Origin: Lingula anatina
Lineage: Eukaryota; Animalia; Brachiopoda
Assembly (NCBI GenBank): GCA_051362555.1
Contig: CM120643.1
Span: forward strand, 29,020,848-29,084,847
Direction of reading: 5' to 3'
Length of the DNA: 64,000 nt
Part shown: positions 55,192 to 64,000 of the stretch, piece by piece
How positions within the stretch are numbered: position 1 is the stretch's first letter
Layout: each line of letters begins with the position of its first letter
Translations under genes and position numbers: made by a program
The notes under the pieces: generated by a model
Seen by the model: only the letters and a program-made list of their open reading frames with translations
Databases searched by the model: none
Told to the model about the DNA's origin: nothing

Positions 55192-55335
55192 CTGAAAATG
55201 TTGGCCGCTTCTTTGGATCTTGACTCCAAGAATCAGTTATGATCTTCCTTAGCCAGTCTTCTGTGTCAGGGATTTTATTCATATCAGGTCTCTGTCCTTC
55301 ACTCACACATGCTTTGACAACCTTTGTTTTCTTAT
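55192..55335 (-). CDS. RIPK-like kinase B: subdomains X-XI
   Basis: EGQRPDM...DPKKRPTF; 144 nt, phase 1-1. Confidence 0.88.
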
Positions 55336-55503
55336 CTGTGAAAAGCAATTAATAATGCATTGGGAAACTAAAGTGTATCCCATGGATTGTTTTAAAGAGG
55401 GTTAGGGTTATTTAATGAGGTTCAAGTCTAACTAATGAATAAAAATTTCACCATTTTTTGTTTGTTTCCCCGAGAGATACATACTAACAATATAGGTATG
55501 ATA

Positions 55504-55789
55504 TCCCGCACGTAAATGCAGTAGTATCGAAGTAGCAAAGAAGCATTAAAGCAGTAGTGGTGTGGAGCATATTTGCAGTAGAAATGCAGCATACCCTACT
55601 GCAATTCTACTTCAAAAATTACATAGGGTTGTACAGAGGAGGAGCATTAATGCAGTAGATTAGCAGCATGATAGAAGCATGTTTCAAAAATGCTAATTAG
55701 CTCCCAATGCGAAGCAGATTTGAGGCATATTTGAAGTATGATTGCAGTAGTCTACTGCGCTGGAGCATCTACTGCGTTTTCGTGCAGGG
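55504..55789. mobile_element. MITE (CMC/EnSpm-like ends) in a kinase B intron
   Basis: TIRs cccgcacgtaaatgcagtag / ctactgcgttttcgtgcaggg, TA flanks; absent from the copy A intron (~40640). Confidence 0.8.
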
Positions 55790-56037
55790 TAGCCTTAAAA
55801 AATTAAATATTATTTTACAGCTTGAATCAGCAATATACCCTTCTTTGCTGTCTTTGGTTTGCAGCTATGTTTAAACAAAGCCCCAAGAATTTTGTTAATG
55901 AAACAGCAACAAACAAACAAAAAATTACACACGCCATTCAATTAATTACCAGTACATGGTAGGCTCTTTGATCTTCTCTCACACTCTTTTCACAAAAGTT
56001 AAAATAATATCAAAATATTAGTAAAGTATCTATTTAC

Positions 56038-56239
56038 TTGCGTAAGGCATTTCCTTGGCCAGGATTTCCCAGACAACAATACCAAAGGCATAAACATCAA
56101 ACTTAACATTTGGCTCACAGTTCACATCTTTCCATTGTTCTGGGGGCACATGAGTGATTGTTCCTCCATGTTCTCCCTCTCTCCTACTCATGCCTAGCTG
56201 TGAACATGAGCGCCACTGAGCCAATCCAAAGTCACATAC
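56038..56239 (-). CDS. RIPK-like kinase B: subdomains VII-IX
   Basis: VCDFGLA...GTITHVPPE...DVYAFG; 202 nt. Confidence 0.92.
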
Positions 56240-56488
56240 CTGAACAAAGGAAAAAATGAAAAATTAAGAGGACAATATACTGGGGGTATGTACCTAGACA
56301 GCAAACAGTGGTTCCCCTGCTATTAGGTCGACATTATAATTACTCTATCAGTGGTCAGCCATTGTGTTATCCATCAAAGTAACACCCTTTTGCCAAGATT
56401 TAGCCAATTGCTACATTATTGTCAGCTGTATATATACCCGGTAGGGTCTATATAGGCTCCCCCCTCCCCCAGTCAACATACTCCGTAC

Positions 56489-56786
56489 CTTTACATTAAA
56501 ATCCTCATCTACCAGGACATTCTGTGCTTTAAGATCCAGATGCAGCATGGCTGGGTTGCAAGTGTGGATGTAGTTCATTGCAAGGATTATCTGGTAGATC
56601 ATCTGGACTTGGAGAGGGAAAGGCACTTCAAGGTCATGTACAAAGTCAGATAGGGATCCGTGGCACATGTACTCCATTACCAATGCATATTCTTTAGTCT
56701 CCATGACAACACCAAATAGTTGGACTATATTAGGATGCCTGACTCTCCATAACTTTTTAGCTTCACTTTTCAAGCCTATTATATCC
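56489..56786 (-). CDS. RIPK-like kinase B: subdomains III-VIb
   Basis: HLDLKAQN; 298 nt. Confidence 0.93.
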
Positions 56787-57012
56787 CTGTGAAAATATAT
56801 TTATTTAAAGAAAAAAGCCAATTTAGCCAATGTACTATCATTATTATAATAAAGAGATGATAAAAAGACATAAATCAACAAATCACATTCAATTCAATAC
56901 ATCAGTTAAGAAGAGATAGCTTATATAAATTTGCCCTATAGGTACAATGTTGTTGCTTTTGTTTCCATTTCAACAATTAGATTGGCATAATTACAACAGC
57001 TGAAACCCTCAC

Positions 57013-57188
57013 TTTTCAGGAACCTCCACTTCCAGAACTTTTTTCACTGCAACATCCCCCCAGTGTTTGTGATGGGCGTGGTAGACGTTTCCAAAGCCTC
57101 CCGTACCCATCAGTTTGTGGTATGTCAAGTCGGTAGACTGGACTGGTACAAAAGCATCAGCTAATAACTCTTTGGACGTCTCACGTTG
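57013..57188 (-). CDS. RIPK-like kinase B: subdomains I-II
   Basis: GTGGFGNVYHAHHKHWGDVAVKK; 176 nt. Confidence 0.9.
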
Positions 57189-57300
57189 CTGTTAATACAG
57201 TATACCAATGGTTATACCATAGTATTTTTATTGTTTAGAATGTCACAGCAATAAAGTAAAAATACAATGTTGATTTTTCATTGAATCAATTTATATTGAC

Positions 57301-57354
57301 CTGATTATTTACTTCTTCCTCGTATTGGAAAGCATAACTCAGAAAGTTCTGAAG
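57301..57354 (-). CDS. Kinase B: 54-nt exon (LQNFLSYAFQYEEEVNNQ)
   Basis: Phase 0-0, canonical splice sites. Confidence 0.65.
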
Positions 57355-57419
57355 CTGAATATAAAACAAAACAATGTACAACCCACACACAAAGTATCAA
57401 ACAATCTCCACATCGTTAC

Positions 57420-57437
57420 TTTCCTACAGGCAGACAT
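57420..57437 (-). CDS. Kinase B: putative start (MSACRK)
   Basis: aagATG...AAA|gtaacg, 65-nt intron, in frame with downstream exons. Confidence 0.5.
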
Positions 57438-60400
57438 CTTCACATGGTATTCTAAACGATGCGTGAGTGTGGGGTTCGTCTTGGGGCGGGGGGGGGGGTA
57501 TCGATTAGGGGACATGAGGAGGAAACGTACCGGTAACAATGAAGAAAAGCAAAACGGGCGAATCAAAATTAACCCTCCAACGCACGCTCCACTGTCACCT
57601 TGATTGGTTAATAAGCCGGGAAAAATAAGGGAAAGAACATATAAACTTAGGACTACCGGATCATCCTAAATGCAAGAACATACACATACACAAAATAAAT
57701 AAATAAATAAATCAATAGATTAATTAATTAATTAATTAATTAATAAAGATAGATGCCAGTGTTCGGACCCGCTGCATGCGATGTAAGTACGACGTACACT
57801 GTACGTGCAATTGTTTTTATATCAACCTGAACGCCAATAATAATAATAATAATAATAATAGCCCAATGGCATGGCCACTTCTTTCTTAACTCAGTTTCAT
57901 GTGAACTCCGAGCCTTCAGTGTACGGCTCATTCGATCTACGACGGATTTACAAAGGCACAAGTGACGGTTGTTGCCCGGAAGCTATAAATTTACTAGTAC
58001 ATGTTCTGAGTAGGTGATCAAGGTTGTATGTGATCCTATGTCTAGTTCTCTTCGTTAATCATTTTATCGTTTGTTTTCTGCGATTCTTTTTCACAAGTTC
58101 ATCTTTTTATTGTCTCTGTTGTACTGAGTATATGGCGAAATAATTAAATTCGTTTAAAATTACTTAAACAAATTTTTGATCGTACTTTTTTATCTTCTCT
58201 GTCGCTGAGCCACCAATTAAGGGGGGGGGGGCGGAGTAGGGACATGAAAGCAGACTAACTAATTGGGTGTATTCCCACAGGGGCCAATACTTTAATTTTG
58301 TATACTATTTTACTCGTCCCTGATTTCAGAGGGTAGAAATTTACCAGGTTAATTAGCCAGTCAAGGTGACAGTCAAGCGTGGTTAGACCGTTCATCTTTA
58401 AAGTTCCTCTCAAGATTTTCGTTTCCTACCTGTTGTATACTTTGACTCGAGGCTTCAGCCATCTCCCTTTCTTTATATTACATTGCTGTTCGGCAAATTA
58501 CTACTTTTTATGCGCTTTATTTCACCGCTTAATTGGACTTCCTGATGCTCTACAATTAATCCAAGGTTGTGAATCACCGTTAAGATGGCCTCGATAGATA
58601 CCGCTATCAGTCAACACAGAATATCATTCAAAATGCTCATCGGAGAACATAAATTGTGCATTAACTGTGTGTTTTAATGTGAACAGTGACAAAAACATTG
58701 GATCCAATATGGGATAACGAAAACGGTACGAATGGAGTGCTGTTGATATTCGCGATGTAATGGGAATTTATTAAGATATGTACTGTAGTATAGGGACTAT
58801 GATAAAGCGACTCATGTTCAGTGTCATCACGACAGGAACATGCTGATTGTAGCTATGGAGCGAGGTCAGTTTCTAGTGACCTCTGACATTCAGAATATCA
58901 GTGCTGTATGTGTGACGAAGTTGTTGTCTTTATCTTTTGCAGTTACGCGAGGTAGTAAATGCATCTCTTTTATATTCTTTCATGTTATTTATTAACTACT
59001 TTTCCAGTTGGTTCTCCATTTCTATCTCTACCTCACACAACATCTAGCGGCCTACTCCAGTTTACACTGTACACGCAGTCGTATAATTGTCGTTTAAGAG
59101 CATGTCAATCAACTCAGTTCCTCTACAAAACACTCCTAGCGTCTTATTCACTCGTGGCTGTCAAATAATGACATTACATGCATGTATGTGACTTGTTCCT
59201 ATTAGCCATTTATTGTGTTTGTTACAACTTTTTATAACTGCACAGGGGGCTAGCAATTAAACATCACAGTCGAGATTTAATCCGTTTAATGGCGCGTGTG
59301 GAGACCATCAGGGAATTAGCGGCATCCCTTTTTGAGTGGCGTCGGTCATATTTAGTCCGCGAATCATCTGTTCTGGATGGATGCTACATGTAGTTAATTG
59401 TAGTCAAGGACAGAGGTGAGCTTCTGGTGACCTCCGAAATTCAGAATCGCAAGCTGTGACACAGATATGGGTGGTCATCTTGATGTATAGCGTTCATCGC
59501 TGTGACGGGAAACGTAAAAAATCTTAATTTTCTCTTTTTCTTTTTTATGTCATTTTATTATTTTATTTATTTTTTATTATTATTATTATAATCTTTTTTT
59601 TTTTTTTTGAAATTATGAAAGACGCGTAAGTAAAATGACCTTTCATGCAAAAAACTCTAATGTTAATCTTATAAATGACAATAATTATTATTAAATAGGG
59701 AGGATTATACACTGTACTGGTACAGTGTATGTGATTCAATAACATATATTGTACCTGTAACTGAACCGTTGCAAGCTTGGAATAATTGTAGTTTTTTTTT
59801 ATCATGCAGTATATAGATCGTGTTACCAATTGTAACATTAAATAAAATACAACCGATTAAACACCTGTAATAATAAAATCTTCGTTTTACTCCGACAATT
59901 AAGAAGGTTCTATAGATAGTGTGTAACTCTACCCTTGACAAATCATAGCATCCGTTGAAAAATTGAGAAGTTCAGATCAAAAGCATGTCAAAGGTCAACT
60001 TCAGGGTCTCAGTGAGATTGCCAGAATATGACCTTCTATACAAGTTCAATAGTAACTATGGGCGTATCTCTGCCAGTTTTCGAGATATAAGGGATAGAAC
60101 ATTTGCAAAGTTCAGTTCAAAAATATATTTCCATGTAGCATTTGTGCCTTTATTGTAAGGCACTTTTAGTTTTGTTGTACCACTCAATGATAAAAATTTT
60201 ACAATAAGTGTAAAATTCACAATTTTTTGTGATTTTTCATTGAAAAAAAAACCAAGTACTTAGAGCATTTGATTTTGATAAAATGTTGCTCATTTTTTTT
60301 TAATTCGACTTTCCCCATTAAGAGCATATAATTTTGTTGCTGAAGACATATCTTTGTAAAAGTGTGCAACCCAAAGCAACACATTTTAAAACCCAAAATA

Positions 60401-60684
60401 ATTCTGTAGAAACACCTAATGAAATACGAATATAATAAAATCAAATCAAAGCCTATACGATCAAATATTGTCATCTAGATCATCTATTTTTGATATTTCA
60501 ATCTAAAAGTGTGCAACGCAAAGCATTCATATTCTCTATAACCCAAAATAATTATGTGGACACACCCACTAATATTTTAAGGAAATCAGCTTTGACATCA
60601 AGATTGGGTCATTTATTATTGACATATCAATCTAAAAGTGTGCAACCCAAAGCATTCAAATTTTGTAGCCTGAAAAAATTCCGT

Positions 60685-60965
60685 GGTAGCACCATCTGAT
60701 TGTATCATTTATTATTACCGTTCAGTTAATTAAATTTTGCAATGAAAATCCAAATACAGCAGTTATGTAAAAAGTCTGTGGTAGCACCATCTGATTGTAT
60801 CATTTATTATTAACGTTCTGTTAATTAAATTTTGTAATGAAAATCCAAATACAGCAGTTATGTAAAAAGTCTGTGGTAGCACGATCTGATTGTAACATTT
60901 ATTATTACTGTTCAGTTAATTGAATTTTGTAGTGAAAAATATCCAAATACAGCAGTTATGTAAAC
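60685..60965. repeat. ~96-bp tandem repeat x3 (x2 at ~63304-63480)
   Basis: Repeated ggtagcaccatctgattgtatc...cagttatgtaaaaagtctgt. Confidence 0.85.
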
Positions 60966-61528
60966 AGTTTCCTTATTATTGTTCCACATGATTTCTAGGA
61001 AACAAAACCTGTTCAGCAGATTTCTTAAACTATGCCAACATAAAAATGGGCAAAAAAGAAAAAAATTGAACTTGGTATAACTGTAGCTTTTCTACCATGT
61101 AGTATGAAGATCACGTTACCAATATTAATATTAAATAAAATACGACCAAAAGTTTCGTTTTACTCCAAGAATCAAAAAGGGTCTTTAGATAGTGGGAAAT
61201 TCTACCCTTGACAAATCACAACAATCTTTCAATTTTGAAGAAGAAGAAGAAGTCGGTCCTATATTTCTTAGTTGAAAAGATTTCGGTTTCTAAAAAATCA
61301 CACCAATAGTCCCCTCTAGAATTTAGAATTTCGACTAGCTGAATCATATAGCAGATGTCAACCGTACCCAATGGTACCGTTCGCCCTCCAAACACCAAAA
61401 ATTTTGGAGGCCCTTTGGCGGGCCCCCGAACCCCACGCTATGGGGGGGGGGGGAGGGGCGAGGGTAGGATTCCCATCCAAAGCCTGTCTTTCCTAATAAA
61501 AAAATAATAAAACAAAGAATAAAATGGA

Positions 61529-61736
61529 CTCCCGTACCCATCAGTTTGTGGTATGTCAAGTCCGTAGACTGGACTGGTACAAATGCATCAGCTAATAACT
61601 CTTTGGACGTCTCCTGTTGCTGTTAATACAGTACACCAATGGTTATACCATAGTATTGTTATTGTTTAGAATGTCACAGCAATAAAATAAAAATACAATG
61701 TTGATTTTTCATTGAATTAATTTATATTGACCTGAT
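61529..61736 (-). pseudogene. Kinase copy C relic (QQETSKELLADAFVPVQSTDLTYHKLMGTG, then truncated)
   Basis: Near-identical to the start of the subdomain-I exon; upstream exons deleted at ~61737. Confidence 0.85.
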
Positions 61737-64000
61737 CGCGGGGGGGGGGGGGAGGGGGGGGGGAGGGCGTACGTACCGGTAACAATGAAGAAAAGCAAAA
61801 CGGGCGAATCAAAATTAACCCTCCAACGCATGCTCCGCTGTCACCTTGATTCGTTAATAAGCCGGGAAAATAAGAGAAAAAAACATACAATGACTTTGGA
61901 TTACCGCATCATCCTAAATGCAGTCTACCAGAACATACACACACACAAAATAGATAAATAAATAGATTAATACAGTGTACGTGCAATTAATTTTATGTTA
62001 ACCTGAACGCCAATAATAATAATAATAATAGCCCAATGGCATGGCTACTTCTTTCTTAACTCAGTTTCATGTGAACTCCGAGCCTTCAATGTACGCCTCA
62101 TTCGATCTACGTCGGATTTATAAAGGCACAAATGACGGTTGTAGCCCGGAATTACTACTTTTTAGGTGCTTTATTTCACCGCTTAATTGGACTTCCTGAT
62201 GCTCTACATTTAATCCAAGGTTGTGAATCACTGTTAACATGGCCTCGATAGATACCGCTATCAGTGAAGACAGAATATCATTCAAAACGCTCAGCGGAGA
62301 ACATAAATTGTGCATTTACTGTGTGTTTTAATGTGAATATAGCGACAAAAAATGTTAAAAACCTTAACTTGCTCTTTTTTTCCTTTTTTTTATCATGGTG
62401 AAAAGTAGGTCAAAGGTCAACTTCAAGGCCTCATGCAGTGAGATTGCCAGAATATGACCTCCTATACAAGTTCAATAGTAACTATGGGCGTATCTCTGTC
62501 AGTTTTGGAGATATAAGGGAAAGAAAATTTGCAAAGTTCAGTTCAAAAATATATTTCCATGTAGCATTTGTGCCTTTATTATAAAGAATGAAACTGTGTG
62601 GCACTCTTAGTTTTGTTGTACCACCCAAAGATAAAAATTATAATTAAAAAAATATGACTTAAAAATACAATAAGTGTAAAATTCACAATTTTCTGTGATT
62701 TTTCATTGAGAAAACCAAGTACCTAGTCCATTTGATTTTGATAAAATATCATTAATTTTTTTTAGAAATTTCGGCTAGCCCCATTAAAAACATTTGATTT
62801 TGTTGTTAAAGACATATCTTTGTAAAAATGTGCAATCCAAAACAACAAATTCTATAACCCAAAATAGTTATGTGGAAACACCTAATGAAATACGAATATA
62901 ATCAAATCAAATCAAAGCCTATGATCAAAGACTTGCCATTTAGATTGAATCATCTATTATTTCAATTTATTAAACCCTACGGCTCATCAGAATATAAAAC
63001 AGTGACAATATAAAGTTAGATCTAATCAACTACCATGACTACAACAACTGCTACAGATACAAACAATAATAATAATACGAATAATTATAATAATAATAAT
63101 TATTATAGATATTTCAATCTAAAAGTGTGCAACCCAAAGCATTCATATTCTCTAACCCAATATACTGTAATTATGTGGACACATCCACTGAAATTTTAAG
63201 GAAATCAGCTTTGACATCAAGATTGGGTCATTTATTATTGACATATCAATCTAAAAGTGTGCAACCCAAAGCTTTCAAATTCTGTTGCCTGAAAAATGTC
63301 TGTGGTAGCACCGTCTGATTGTCTCATTTATTATTACCGTTCAGTTAATTAAATTTTGTAATGAAAATCCAAATATAGCAGTTATGTAAAAAGTCTGTGG
63401 TAGCACCATCTGATTGTATCATTTATTATTACTGTTCAGTCAATTAAATTTTGTAATGAAAATCCAAATATAGCAGTTTCCTTATTGTTGCTCATGATTT
63501 CTAGGAAACAAAGCCTGTCAAGCAGGTTTCTCCAACTATGCCAACCTAAAAATGGCCAAAAAAGAAAAAATTGAGCCCAGAACTTATAAATATTTTTTCA
63601 CCAATGGTCACATCATCACATTGTCACATCAAAAATAATAATAATAATAAATAAAATAAAATAAAATAAATATATAAATAAATAAATAAACTAGAGGGTC
63701 AGAGAGGTGATACCGCCTCCGGATATTGTACCACCAGCATTATTGTAAAATGGGGAGGATTATACACTGTACTGGTATGTGATTCAATAACTGGTATTGT
63801 CCCTGTAACTTTGAGGATTCACCGTATAGATCTTAAGGAAAATACAGGTTACAGTACAGTAGGTTACGGTACAGTTACAGGTACATATAAGTATTATCAC
63901 TGATCTTCAGAGATGCATCAGTAATAATACTTATATGTTCCTGTAACTGTACCGTTACAAGCTTGGAATAATTGTAGCTTTTCTACCATGCAGTGTGAAG

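Overview
AT-rich, intron-containing animal DNA. The repeat landscape suggests a marine invertebrate such as a mollusc (inference). The + strand holds two paralogous secreted VWA-domain genes. Gene 1 (5' end outside the window, ending ~21.4 kb) is propeptide-VWA-VWA-SRCR-SRCR. Gene 2 (24.35-29.8 kb) is signal-propeptide-VWA-Thr-rich tail. Both use 21-29 nt micro-exons. The - strand holds a tandemly triplicated RIPK-like Ser/Thr kinase locus. Manual splicing of copy A (42.2-31.2 kb) gives an in-frame kinase + duplicated linker + Dok-family IRS-type PTB domain + polybasic/aromatic tail, an architecture I do not recognise among RIP kinases. Upstream copy B has a start codon but no C-terminal exons, while copy A has the C-terminus but ATG>ATC. 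Their exon phases allow one tandem-kinase-PTB protein. Copy C is a relic. Introns and intergenic DNA are rich in Tc1/mariner, CACTA/EnSpm-like, Mutator, Harbinger-like, Helentron-like and LINE remnants. All exon models are hand-derived from splice signals and phase, with no RNA evidence.
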